A stretch of 63,503 nt of DNA, the filler included, from Octopus bimaculoides (Eukaryota): assembly GCF_001194135.2 (NCBI RefSeq). It is 7 parts of 7 records of this genome, joined end to end, with 100 filler letters (N's around TTAATTAATTAA, not from the genome) between each part and the next. Parts side by side here need not be neighbours in the genome. Positions count along the whole stretch, not along the records: positions 17,088 to 26,797 come from NC_069001.1; positions 26,898 to 36,628 come from NC_068982.1; positions 36,729 to 47,398 come from NC_068984.1; 4 more parts are not named here. The stretch is one strand, 5' to 3'. The notes beneath the pieces were generated by a model, which was given only the letters and a program-made list of their open reading frames with translations, did not search any database and was not told the origin of the DNA. Shown here one piece after another: positions 24,706 to 38,589 of the stretch (the first letter of the stretch is position 1; each line of letters starts with the position of its first letter). The position numbers were made by a program, and so were the translations under genes.

Positions 24706-25908
24706 AAACTATGATAGCAGAAGCACCAGACTTTGACAAATAAAAGATATAATGTAGAACGTGTGTCCTATTGGCGTAGTATGGTTGAATGGTTAAGCGT
24801 TTCACTTGACAACTATGAGACACAGAGTTCGATCCCACAGTGTGGTATCTTGAGCTAACATCATTCTTTATAGCTTCGGGTCGACCTACACCATGTGAGT
24901 AAAACTGAAGATGGAAACTGTATAGAAGCCTGTCGGTGGATTCTGTTTGTGACTGAAAATATAACGGGCTCTTCCTCTATCTTCAGATGCGCCAAACGTA
25001 CTGTATGTCATAACTACGGCACCTCCAAAACTCTCTCGAGTGATTGAGGGCTCGAGGTGAGGGCTCGAGGTGAGGGCTAGAGGCTGCTATCAACAGCAGT
25101 GCATAAGAAAGGAGAATAATAATAAATGTTCAAATAACAGTGAAACTCGTCGGTCTGATCCCGTTTCTAAGTTAACAGAAAGGATTTGGCTCCCTTCAGT
25201 GGGTTGACAGGCTAGACACGCCAGACCATCACGTCTCAAAGTAAATCCTTTATAGGGAATTCTGTCAGTTAAAATGCGTTGTTAGATGGATGAATGAAGT
25301 TAATAAGGGGACCCAAGACTGTCTGAAAACGCCTTTAAAAGACTTCAGCCCTGTTGTTTCTTCTTGGGAGCAGCTTCTTCAAACCCGACGCAGTGGGGGC
25401 AGTCTGTTTCATACCATTATTTCGCTTTTGGGTGCCATTAGCACAGTCTGGTCACTATGTTTCAAGCATTCAGAACAAGTCTGAACGGTCTTGGAATAAC
25501 TTTATATCCCTTTCTTTCGGGTGTCGGAATCTTTTGAGAAGATTACGGCTCGACCTTCTTTAGTTTGAATAAATTATTGCGAAAATTTTGTCGGCAATCT
25601 AATATATTAGTAATATCTGAATGAGATGATTTGGCACGACTGACTGGATATTCGGCCTATTTTTGGCGGCAGTACTTTTTGGCACTTGTGGCAAAACACA
25701 TATGCGTGTGGGCAGGAATATACACATACTGACAGAGATAGAGAGAGCGGGGGAGAGAGAATGAGGAGAATGAGGAGGAGGAAATATGGAGAGAAAGAGG
25801 CATTACAACTTATTAATCGAACGCGATTGGCATAAACACTTTGCTTCTTCTCAGACTCATAAAAAGAAATATTCCCATACGCATAGACAGACAGACAAAC
25901 AGACAGAC

Positions 25909-25960
<52 letters not shown>

Positions 25961-26897
25961 GGTGAGAGAGACAGACAGAGACAGAGAGGAAACAGAGAAT
26001 GAGAAACGCATTAAAACGTCTACTGTCAAACAAGTCAGCTTTGAATGAGCGATTGCAAATGGACGACGCCAAAACGTTTGTGCCAAAACGACTCACACCT
26101 TATCAAATATAGCCATTTCGCCTGTTCGTGTCTGTTAGTGATGCTGATATATATATGTTTGTTTTCTGTCTCCACAGTAATATCTTCTTGCCAGTAATTC
26201 CTTCACTTTGGTAACAGAATATTCCTGTGTTCCTGTATTTACCAAATCTGATTCCAAACTCCACTTCACGAACCCCAAAATAACAATGTCAGTTATGTAT
26301 CATTTTGCTTTGCACTTTTTTTACTCTTTTTTACATTTCTTTTTTGTTTTTTTTACGTTCTTCCATTTAGTATTTTGGGTGAATATTTCACAGGTTCTTC
26401 TATACCTTGCCTTTTCATGAAACCGCACTTTATTCACTGCGCAACCCCGACTCAGTAAACACACACACACACACACACACACAAATACACCCCCCACACA
26501 CACACACACACACAAATACACAAATACACACACACACACATATATATATGTATACATACATATATACGTTTCCACACGCCCGTACACACACTTATATACA
26601 GACACGCAAACATACATACACCCATATATACACCCCTACACGCATATATATGTAGATATAAATATATAGAGAGAGAAAGGGAGACGGAGAGAGGGGAAGA
26701 GTACAAACACACACATACACACACATATATATACACGCACATTTATGTACACGCGCTCACACACACACGCACACATATATATTATATATATATATATNNN
26801 NNNNNNNNNNNNNNNNNNNNNNNNNNNNNNNNNNNNNNNNNTTAATTAATTAANNNNNNNNNNNNNNNNNNNNNNNNNNNNNNNNNNNNNNNNNNNN

Positions 26898-26935
<38 letters not shown>

Positions 26936-27650
26936 ACAAAGGTATATAGATATATGTAAGTACACACATATATACACACACATATATAACTAAACGTATG
27001 AGTGCATGTGTGTATGTTTCTGTGTGTCTGTGTATGTATATGTCTTTGTGTATAAACATATACCTTCATATGGAAAAATAGAATATAGAAGCTTTCACTT
27101 TTATATTAATAACTATGGAACACTGGTGGGAATATTATCTGTATGAACTTCAAGGGCTAGGTTTACTTATAGAATTATTAATTTACCGATTCTGATTTTG
27201 TATATAGGGTAAATGTGGTTCTTTTGTTGTGTTTTAATTAATAATGCTAGTGTTTAATCCTTCCTCGAATTAAGATTGAATGAATGTTATGATATCTAAG
27301 GTATGTTTGTTCCTAAACAACACTTATGTTAGTGCTGCTGACACCGCTGGTACTGCCCAGGTGTCGAAACCATAGTGATATCCGTGGGGCAGCTGATGAT
27401 GGAGGTGTGTTAGTTGTTTGGTATGGCTGTTATTGTATGTGCAGAATAGTTTCACAAGACATCCATTTGATATATATGCATGCAAATATGTGTGTGAGTG
27501 CGTGCGCGTGAGAGTGTGTTAGTTTGTGTGTACATATAAATTTACATATTTTTATATATATGCACTTCTTATAAATACCACCATATTTACATACATACAC
27601 GCATACATACACACACATATATATGCACACACACACACACGCACATGTAG

Positions 27651-27698
<48 letters not shown>

Positions 27699-28204
27699 TT
27701 ATATATTTATACATATGCATGTGTGTGCTTATGTAAATATTTTGATTGGATTGGTATAAGGAAGTATTTATAGATAAATGTAGCGACGTGCATTATTTGA
27801 ATAATCTTACTCAATAGATAAATACAGTACAAATAGTAAAAATAGAAATATAAGGAAATCCATCTCGAAATTAAAAAAGAAACTGTTTCTGAAATTATTA
27901 TATAACTTGAAAATAGAATTATGTCATATCTTGCCCATTGCTAATATATTATCGCATATAATTTCTACTCGCTATAATGCTTATATTGTTGATATTGTAA
28001 TTTGCTTTTATATTTCTGATATAATTTTCCTCTTAATCGTCCTTCTTCATCGAAGTACACCGGGCAAACTGTTTTGCGCACTTTCTGCGCTGAAATCACG
28101 TCATGTATATCTTTTCTCTTTGTAAATCTATAGTGGATATAATGAACGTTACTGAAGAATGTTACATGTATCACCTAAAATCCAGCATGCTGTGACAATA
28201 CTGG

Positions 28205-28415
28205 TCTCAAATTTTGGCACAAGGTCAGTTATTTGGGATGGTGGGGCTAGTCCATTACATCGACCCCAATACACAATTGGTACTTATTTTATCATCCCCA
28301 CTAAAGGATGAAAGGCAAAGTTAACCTCGGCGGAATTTGAACTCAGAGCGTAAAGGTAGACAAAATGCCGCTAAGCATTTTTCCTAGCGTGCTAACGGTA
28401 CTACCAGCTCACCGC
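28205..28415 (-). mobile_element. SINE family A
   Basis: AAATTTTGGCACAAGG...AAAGGATGAAAGGCAAAGTTAACCTCGGCGGAATTTGAACTC...CCAGCTCACCGC. Confidence 0.9.
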
Positions 28416-28783
28416 TTGATGCTGTGGCAATTGAAAATCAGCGTTATTGTTATTAAGAAATCCTAAAAATCTGGCAAAACCTATATCGCTCCTACATACT
28501 TGTGCTAAGGTTTCAAGTTGAGTTCAATTTACACCGAATATAAATTATTTCTGCCTGGCGCATTTGACAATATGAGTAACAGTCACCAAATCAAACCAAT
28601 TAATTAGACTCTTTGCTTTCCCCCCAAATTCAGGGCTCCTCTATCTAAACATTATCATTCGCTATTAATCCTTTTTTATTTTGGAAGTCAAAATATCTCT
28701 GTCCCGCTGTGTTCCTCACTGTTTTTACTGTGTATCTATACATATGGATACAAGCATACACACCCACCCACATATATATGTCC

Positions 28784-28840
<57 letters not shown>

Positions 28841-28956
28841 TATATATATACATATATATATGTGTGTGTGTGTGTTATTTCTTTACTACCTACAAGGGGC
28901 TACACACAGAGGGGAGTGTGTGTGTATGTAAGTGTGTATACCTATATATACATATA

Positions 28957-29196
28957 CAGTTATTCCTCGCCACATCACGGTTCACCCATCGTGGTTCACT
29001 TATCGCGGTTTATTGTTTAACCTTACGTCGAATCCTCCGTGGTGTTGTTTTGCATTTATAATAAAACAGATGTATACAAATTATGAAAAGAGTAAAAAAA
29101 AAAATATATACAGTACAGTACTGTTTCTACTTCGTGGATTTTCACCTATCGCGGAGGTTTTGGAACGTAACACATGTGATAGTCGTGGGATTACTG
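28957..29196. mobile_element. Tigger-like MITE
   Basis: Left end TA|CAGTTATTCCTCGCCACATCACGG. Right end revcomp CAGTAATCCCACGACTATCACAT. Repeated TATCGCGG subterminal motif. Confidence 0.7.
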
Positions 29197-29320
29197 TGTA
29201 TATGCAACGATATATGCGAACATCTTTGTTTTTGATTTTGGACGCGTCAAATGTGTATCGTATCGTAAAGACAAGAAAAAAGGTTTGTTTACATATGTTG
29301 TTGCATTACAAAAGAAGCTA

Positions 29321-29388
<68 letters not shown>

Positions 29389-29719
29389 TNNNNNNNNNNN
29401 NNNNNNNNNNNNNNNNNNNNNNNNNNNNNNNNNNNNNNNNNNNNNNNNNNNNNNNNNNNNNNNNNNNNNNNNNNNNNNNNNNNNNNNNNNNNNNNNNNNN
29501 NNNNNNNNNNNNNNNNNNNNNNNNNNNNNNNNNNNNNNNNNNNNNNNNNNNNNNNNNNNNNNNNNNNNNNNNNNNNNNNNNNNNNNNNNNNNNNNNNNNN
29601 NNNNNNNNNNNNNNNNNNNNNNNNNNNNNNNNNNNNNNNNNNNNNNNNNNNNNNNNNNNNNNNNNNNNNNNNNNNNNNNNNNNNNNNNNNNNNNNNNNNN
29701 NNNNNNNNNNNNNNNNNNA

Positions 29720-30066
29720 AATGTACTTAATCATTAAGGTGGAGGTATTGTTTTCAGTCGTGTTTGTTTGTTTGTCCGTTGACAAGATATCTCAAGATGG
29801 ATTCGGATGAAACTTTCAGGGATGTTTGGCCTCGTGACTGGCACGAACTGATTTGATTTTGGGATCAATCCGGTACCGGCCAAGGATTCTAGATTATTTT
29901 CCCATTTTTATTATTTAATTTTTGCGGTTCATTTTTAGTATTCTTATTTGTGAGAGCAGTCGAGTTTATTCCAGATATTTTAATTTTAAGCATCATCTCC
30001 GCCTAATCGTTGAGAGGACGCTGGTGTTACCTTGGCGGAGGTTTTCGCTCTCTCAGTGCTCTTGAT
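29720..30066 (+). mobile_element. Probable non-autonomous Helentron/DINE-like element
   Basis: AAGGTGGAGGTATTGTTTTC followed by a (GTTT)n core, GGATGAAACTTTCAGG, GATCAATCCGG, and a 3' end CCTTGGCGGAGGTTTTCGCTCTCTCAGTGC. Resembles this element class from recall. Confidence 0.5.
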
Positions 30067-32047
30067 TATAGTACGGTACTTTGATACGTATAGTATTCAT
30101 ATCTTCTAAGGTGAATATAAAACGTGAACTTCAGTAGGTTTTTAATCACCATTTTTTAAATATCGATTCAAATATTGCCGAAAGAATTACGAATATTTTT
30201 GCAGCAGATGAATTTTCGTATTCACTACAAGACATAGCACTTAAGAAATAAGGCAGGAAAAATATTCAACACTGGAATAGTTTTTTCATTAAGTCTAAAA
30301 TCTTCTTCGTGCGTGGGTGTAGGAATATTTTGCTAAGTTGAAAAATAGTTTACTCGGAGTAAATTATTTAGCAGCAGGAAATATTTCTCGAGGGAAGACA
30401 ACACACCTAAGCAACTTCCGAATATTTGTGAAAAGATTTCTATTGTGAATTATCGTCAGATATCTTGAAATAATTATATCATCTCATAGTTACACAACTC
30501 ACGAATATTTAGTTGTGCTTACTATGGGGTGAATATCAAAAGGAATACGCATAGCCAAGAGTATGAAGCATGATGTGAATGGAAAAAAGGAAAGTCGGCG
30601 AAGTTGAGATTTGAAATTGGAGCATCAAATAATGTAAATAAAAAAATTATACATTGTCTATCTTATTAAAATTACGGACACTCCGGATAATCAAGAAAAA
30701 GCAAAACAAGACGGGATGGTCCTAGTTAAAGAAATTTGATCGAGAGTTTACTCAATCAACGCTGACACGTTCGTAAGGAGGAAAGTAGCATAAGAAACAA
30801 CAGGTGCGGGTGTTCATACAGACACTACACTACGAAAACGAATAACAATTTCAAACTTAGTAGTGTGCGAACTACGAGAAGCCATCAACGCGTACTAGAT
30901 TCTTGTAGGAGCAACATCCGATAAAGTGTTCCACTCTACATGCCTTCATAGTATAGTTAAACTAGTTTGTTGCCTTTGCCATAGTATATCTCTATGACTG
31001 TGATTTAAATATGTTCACACGCATTTCATTTCCATTGCATTAAAAATTATATTTGTCTCTGTAATCTCCTACTTGGAACCTACTCCAATCACACACACAC
31101 AAACTTGTATATTACATATACTTATACATATATACATAGATACATATACATATTACACACACACACACACACACACATATTCTTCAGTCATACAATTTCC
31201 CCTCATTTCTTCATCCACAATATAACCGCACTAACCCCAATCTTCCATTCATTTCCCATTTCTAACTGGCAGCCTTCGTTTATTCTGAAAACGTCTTTAA
31301 GCACTCGGAATCCTACTTCTCTCCGTTTCGCACACCACAGCAAAAATAAAATAATATAAAATTATTAATAAAAAATATACAAAATGAAGCATTATACATA
31401 ATAAAGATAGAGTAAATGTAACTGACTGACATAATTGAAACATCGTTATCGTCTTGACGAGTATCCCCCCTCTCTCTCTTTCTGTCCCTATATTAACTAC
31501 CTCTTTCATTCTTACGTGATTATCTAATTTACTTTAAGTTGCCATTACATAACGTCCAGCCAAATTTACTTGGCTTCTGTTCCATTCATTTTGGCTTCTT
31601 ACTCCATATTTCACTGAAATTTTCAATTTATCAAATGCAGGCCTAATCGAAGAATATTCAGTTCAAACAAAACCACTTAATGGATTTGAAAATCTCTGCT
31701 TTAGAAACAGTATTGACGGATAACGAAATTATCCAGAATTATCTTCTCTGCACATGCCACATTGTTCGTTCTTTGATTCGCACCCAATCCGCACCCGCTT
31801 TACTTCCCATTATATTTCCATTGCACACCAGAGTTGCTATCTTTTCGTTACAAGCAAGAACTATTGATTCCAGTTCACTAAGTCTCAGGTTTGCGGCCTA
31901 GCAGAAATAGGATGTTGTGGAATTCTTGCCTTTCTCAAAGAGATCGAAGAAAAACGGAACAGAGATGCATTTTTTTAATAATTCATCATTATCAGGATTT
32001 GGTTCGTCATAACATTTCCTAGCTTTTTTCTTCCATTCGCCTTTGAT

Positions 32048-32282
32048 CTTCTTCTTCTTCTTCTTCTTCTTCTTCTTCTTCTTCTTCTTCTTCTTCTTCT
32101 TCTTCTTCTTCTTCTTCTTCTTCTTCTTCTTCTTCTTCTTCTTCTTCTTCTTCTTCTTCTTCTTCTTCTTCTTCTCCTTCTTCTTCTTCTCCTCCCCCTC
32201 CTCCTCCTCCTTCTTTTTCTTCTTCTCCTTCTTCTTCTTCTTCTTCTTCTTCTTCTTCTTCTTCTTCTTCTTCTTCTTCTTC
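32048..32282. repeat. (TTC)n polypyrimidine microsatellite, about 235 bp
   Basis: Direct inspection. Followed by (CGT)/(CAT) repeats to about 32425. Confidence 0.95.
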
Positions 32283-32397
32283 CGCCGTCGTCATTGTCAC
32301 AGGTCACAGTTACCGTTGCCGTCGTCATCATCATCATCGTCATATTCGTAATCATCATCATCATCATGACTATCGTCGTCGTCGTCGTCGTCGTCGT

Positions 32398-32428
<31 letters not shown>

Positions 32429-32606
32429 TCGCCAATAAAACTACCACTGACTCCCAAAATTTCTTCAGGGCAAAAAGACAAAAATTAGATATTGTAAGCG
32501 AGAATAATCTCTTATTCATTGAAATTTCCTTCAATGTTCATACTCAGATGGAATTTAGCATATAAATGAGAAGGGACCATAATAATATTACTAATANNNN
32601 NNNNNN

Positions 32607-32658
<52 letters not shown>

Positions 32659-34612
32659 TGTATGTATGTATATGTGTGTCTGTGCGTGTGAATATATTAT
32701 ATGTGCGCAAAATATTAATGTGTCTGCGTGTATGCGTGTGTCTTTGTCTGCCTGTGATTATGTGTGTGAATGTATAGCTGCATACAATTCATGGGATACA
32801 TTTCAAGACAATAGTTATCTCGATTTAAGCCCATATTCATATAAAACTGTAAAATGCAGCAGTGTTCACCAGCATTCACAGCATATACTGCTATAGCAGA
32901 AGAAACTTAACCATCTTCTCACACCGTCTCCAATCAAGGGATATAATAAATATCCTGGAAACAGTTGTAAGACCTACTTATAAATGTTCTATAATGTACA
33001 CAGCCTTGGTTTTTTATCTCATTACGAAAAGTAAATCCATATATATATATCAGGAAGATAGGTTTTGTGCAGGCAAAATGTAAATTATTCTAATGAAGAC
33101 GTGGGTCTATTGTGGCCTAATATTATACAGAGCAAACCAAAGAAGAGAAAAAAAAATTATGATGAAAATAACCAGAAAAGTCGTTAGTTTATGCAATATG
33201 TTAATCATACGAAATAGTTTAAATATAATATTTTCGTTAGATTTGATATTTGTTGAAAAAAATACGATGAACTGCTGATTTTCTGTTGTGAAAATCATCT
33301 CAAATANNNNNNNNNNACAGCCTTGGTTTTTTATCTCATTACGAAAAGTAAATCCATATATATATATCAGGAAGATAGGTTTTGTGCAGGCAAAATGTAA
33401 ATTATTCTAATGAAGACGTGGGTCTATTGTGGCCTAATATTATACAGAGCAAACCAAAGAAGAGAAAAAAAAATTATGATGAAAATAACCAGAAAAGTCG
33501 TTAGTTTATGCAATATGTTAATCATACGAAATAGTTTAAATATAATATTTTCGTTAGATTTGATATTTGTTGAAAAAAATACGATGAACTGCTGATTTTC
33601 TGTTGTGAAAATCATCTCAAATAGTTTCTGGTAACAAATAGGCACTACCATTTCAAGTACCTGTAGCTACTACATTTAAACATTACTGCATTTTCTCAAT
33701 TTTCCCCAAACTCCGAATTGTTTCACTTAGGTATTTGAACCTGATTAAGCATATTGTTATAAGAGTGTTTAATAAACATCTACTAGATTTTTAAACGTTA
33801 AGTCATATATTAACTGAAATTTTCTAAACATGTTACATAAACTTTTCCTCATTGATCATTGCTACAGACTAGTTTTCAATAGTGGAATGCCGTTGTACAA
33901 TATAAATGAAGGATAACTCGCAAGTCACTCAGTTAAGGGAGGCTATGTATACAAATAGTAATTCTAATGAATGCTCACTCGAACAGACATGCACTTCCGG
34001 AGCAATAATATGAAGAAGAAATTAGTTCACCTAGAATGACTCACTGCAATGGCATGGAAGAAAGTAGATTTGAGCAAGTTACTTCGGCCGCGAAAATCAT
34101 TTAGAGGCAGAAAAATAGCTAACAAAAAAGAAAAAAACATTACAGATTTATATTTACCTCTTAAGAGAGCATGAAGGTAAATAGATAAATAGATCGACAT
34201 AGTTACACTTTCGTCTTTTAAACCTAACTAACTTAGCAGGAGTATGTTTATGCATGGTAAACTTACATTATAATTTATTCATGACCTTAGAATATATTAT
34301 AAATTACTTTTCAGTTTCATGCTGCACCAGCAAATCCATTCCTTTTAAAACAGAGAAACAAACAAGCAGATAAATACCTATGATTAAAAGCCAGAAACAA
34401 AATGATAAAACTATATAAATTCATAAAAATCTATATAGGAAGCAAATCCATTCTGCAAAATGTAAACTGCAGGAAATATAATCTAATTCTAATATATACA
34501 CAACGCAGGCACATACACGCATCTATCATACACACTCACACGGATACAACAAATATACATACATGCATTAACATTCACATATACACACATATACATATAT
34601 ATTTACACACAC

Positions 34613-34658
<46 letters not shown>

Positions 34659-36747
34659 NNNNNNNNNNNNNNNNNNNNNNNNNNNNNNNNNNNNNNNNNN
34701 NNNNNNNNNNNNNNNNNNNNNNNNNNNNNNNNNNNNNNNNNNNNNNNNNNNNNNNNNNNNNNNNNNNNNNNNNNNNNNNNNNNNNNNNNNNNNNNNNNNN
34801 NNNNNNNNNNNNNNNNNNNNNNNNNNNNNNNNNNAAAAATATTTTTATATTATTATCGAAACATATTTTGTTTACAAATGTAGCAAAATCAATTCATATT
34901 ACGAAGTAAATAATACTCTCACGAGGTGGATGAGAAAGAGGAGGTGAGGAGGAAAAAGACGATGATAGAAATATTAAATACGACAACAATAAAAATAAAT
35001 AATTCCACAACAAAATAAAATAAATTCATTTATATAATGAAACAAATAAAGCTCCTTTCCTCCTTTGTATGAAACATTGTTTTATTCTTTATCCTGGAAG
35101 ATAACTTTAGCTTTATATTCTATAAGCTATGATGAACCGAAAGCTATAAACGTATTCTCATAGTTTGCATTGCATGGAAAGCAAGTCTTTATTACTTAGC
35201 CTCAAGGACGCAATATGTATAAAGGAATGGGAATGAAATTATTCCTATCTTTATGAATGATAAATACAGTATTAGAATGTAAATTGAATTGCTATTTAAG
35301 ATCCTGCGTATCAACATTAACAATTGAAGTACTCAGTATAGCTACCGAAAGCAGTGTGTCGCACTTTTAAGTTCCGAGTTCTAAGTTTAATTTCAAAGTT
35401 TAACTTATAGTCTAAAATTAGTCATGCTTTGACCTTGTTTGGAAATTCCCAAGGTTAATACTTCAACAGAATTCAGTAGTATATTGGAATCGGTTCCGAA
35501 GAATATACTTTTAGTTGGTGTGTTGTTTCAGAAAATAATGAACATTAAATGATGAATCAATATTAAAAATGTTAGAGCTCATTAACGCAAACGGTCATTA
35601 GTTTCGGCCATTTGTATTCTTAATTCACATTCTCATCAAACAGTTTTAATTTTCGTCCCCACTTCTGAATCTGCCGAAAGACATGCATCACTAATAACAA
35701 AGAATTTAGTCAATTAGATATAATGTTTCTCTAAAATGACATTATCTTTTTTTTCAGAAATACAAAAGCTATGTTTAAATGAAGATAACGATAGGATTTT
35801 CGCAAACCGGGACTAGCAGCTCGTTTCAATTCACTGTTCAGGGATATTTACATGAATTGTTGTAGTGATGCAAGTGAAGTGGAGATATTATGAACATCAC
35901 CGTATTCCATATTTATTATTTTCTTGCAATGCAAAGTTATTTTCTATCAAAAAAGGATATTCTGAATCGGAATCAACATGAATGCCACAGAACAAGAAGC
36001 TTGAGAATTGAATCCCTTAGGTAGATTCTTTATTGAAGGAATTGAAATTAGATAACTCAGTTATTTCGGAAGTTGATGATTACAAAATATCATTACTTTC
36101 TACTATTTCAGACACAACAATAAAAACTTTAAAAATATTTCTGTGGTTGTTTATTCGTGAAACGACAGTGTAGAACAGTTATAGCACTGCAGAATGAATT
36201 TTGGTGGACACAAAAAGAAAGATTCGACGACGTACAATAACGGTATTTTTCATAATGAGATTGATGAGTGTTGACAGGTTAATTAATGACGATAAAAATT
36301 TTATTTCACGAATAAAATTTTAATCTTAACTAGGTGAGAATGTATCTAGTTGATGTAAATGAAAATTAAAACTATTAGGATTCCTGACAGCTTCACCAAG
36401 CAAACGCACTTTCTGACTATAGCAAAGATTGTATCTTAAAGATCAGCGAGTCCGTATGTTAGAGATAATAATTCAGGCCACCACCTTTAGTCGAGCAAAT
36501 CGACCCCAGGACTTATTCTTTGTAATCCTAGTACTTATTCTATCGGGATCTTTTGCCGAACCGCTAAGTTAAGGGTACGTAAACACACCAGCATCGGTTG
36601 TCAAGCGATGTTGGGGGGACAAAGACAGNNNNNNNNNNNNNNNNNNNNNNNNNNNNNNNNNNNNNNNNNNNNTTAATTAATTAANNNNNNNNNNNNNNNN
36701 NNNNNNNNNNNNNNNNNNNNNNNNNNNNGTTAGACGTCGTTGTCACT

Positions 36748-37090
36748 CGACTTTGCCTTTCATCCTTTCGGGGTCGATAAATTAAGTACCAGTTACGCAC
36801 TGGGTCGATGTAATCGACTTAATCCCTTTGTCTGTCTTTGTTTGTCCCCTCTATGTTTAGCCCCGTGTGGGCAATAAAGAAATAAGAAACGTTAGCACAC
36901 CGGGCGAAATGCTTAGCGGTATTTCGTCTGTCTTTACGTTCTGAGTTCAAAATCCGCTGAGGTCGACTTTGCCTTTCATCCTTTCGAGGTTTATAAAATA
37001 AGTACCAGTTGCGTACTGGGGTCGATCTAATCGACTGGCCTCCTCCCCCAAAATTTCAGGCCTTCTGCCTAGAATAGAAAAGAATAACAA
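36748..37090 (+). mobile_element. Head-to-tail family-A SINE dimer
   Basis: The first copy's tail CAATAAAGAAATAAGAAAC runs directly into GTTAGCACACCGGGCG of a second copy that has a different 3' tail. Confidence 0.85.
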
Positions 37091-37289
37091 GGAAACAGAA
37101 ATCACGTGATTAGCTTCTTTAACTTACAGTTGTTTCTGCTTTAAGAAGCAGTGCTCTCAAAGCTGAGTTTTTGCACCACATCCGATAGCTTCGATGAAGC
37201 CATTAAAATGATTTAGTTTTAATGCACTGCTTCCAGTAGCAGAAACAGCTGTAAGCTAATGAAGTTGATTACGTGATTCCTGTTTTCTT
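37089..37289. mobile_element. Foldback MITE-like inverted repeat
   Basis: About 66-bp imperfect arms, 37089-37154 and 37224-37289 (AAGGAAACAGAAATCACGTGATTAGCTTC... vs revcomp AAGAAAACAGGAATCACGTAATCAACTTC...). No clear TSD. Confidence 0.65.
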
Positions 37290-37513
37290 AACATTCGTTA
37301 ACATCGTTAATGTGTGTGTGTGTGTGTGTATGTGTGTGTGTGTGTTGCGCACGTGTGTCTATGTCTATGTATGCATATACATATACACTTATACGTATGT
37401 ATACACGCGCACAGACATGCGCGCGCGCACACAAAAATAATGAGTAGCAATTATCCACCTCTACCACAAGCCAACCCGGGTCCAATCATTTACAAAAAAA
37501 AAAATGAAGCAAA

Positions 37514-37521
37514 TGACGTCA
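37514..37521. promoter_or_regulatory. Perfect CRE/ATF palindrome TGACGTCA about 1.07 kb upstream of the nodal ATG
   Basis: AATGACGTCATT 12-bp palindrome at 37512-37523. Function is inferred only. Confidence 0.35.
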
Positions 37522-37955
37522 TTAGCAAAACCTAAGCGATGTCCGTTCCGCACAGCATGAGCTTCCGAAATCACATTATTTGCTATTTACAATTTCACAG
37601 TTTTCCATGCCTTCACAAAGGAATCCTGATCTGAGCGTTATCTTTCTTCCTGTTAATCCCTTTTCTGATGGTACTTACTCTGTCTGGATTGAAGAGTATG
37701 TTGACAATTAGGGAATGATCAAACATTGTAAGATTCTCTTAAGATAACAATCGCAACTCAGATACCAAACACGCGCAAACTTCATTGTATAGACATACAG
37801 ACACAGACATAAGCACACACACACACATGCACATACACACAAGTATATAGATATACGTATATTACACGTTTACGTGAAGACACATATATATATATACACA
37901 CACACATATATATATACATATATATAGATATATGCATATATACACATATATATAC

Positions 37956-37992
<37 letters not shown>

Positions 37993-38589
37993 CATACACA
38001 CACACATATATATATACATATATATATACATACACACACACATATATATATACATATATATATTCACGCACACACACACACATACATGCGCACACACATA
38101 CACACCCAGATGTATATATATTCAGAAGGTGCTGTCTCCCTTTCTTTTATTAAAGAACAACGTCCTTCGCAGGTTTCACTTCTCGCCCTAACCGTATCGT
38201 AACCTGGACTTACAAGTCTTAAAAACGATCATAATCATTCTTCAAATTCTAAGCAATGACAACTTTTCTTAACAGAGATCCCACTTTTCAGTAACATAAT
38301 TTTATTTTCTTCTTTATTACCTCTGCTTTGATTCTCAAGTCAATACATTCGATCTATTGAAAATAATCAAAAAGAAACAAGATTCATATAACAGAGCTGC
38401 ATTCCCTTCAGGAACTTTTGAGTTGCTACAAAGCTATAATTTCATGATAAAAGACAGTTCTGTCAATACCACTGACAATTAATTTTTGTACTATTCAATT
38501 GCAAGTTATACTGTTAGCAGCGATTACGAATCTTTCAGTTACTCAATATTCTGGTTGAATTCTCAGAATTTATAGCGTCTTTGTTGAAA

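Noticed and set aside
25045-25083. 13-bp tandem TGAGGGCTCGAGG x3
   Set aside because: Short local slippage duplication with no further structure. The same applies to the 14-bp TGAAATTTGATCAA x3 at about 56177-56222.
33000-33623. Exact 307-bp tandem duplication (33000-33306 and 33317-33623) with duplicated short ORFs
   Set aside because: The copies look identical and are separated by a 10-N gap, the typical pattern of unmerged overlapping contig ends. Most likely an assembly artefact.
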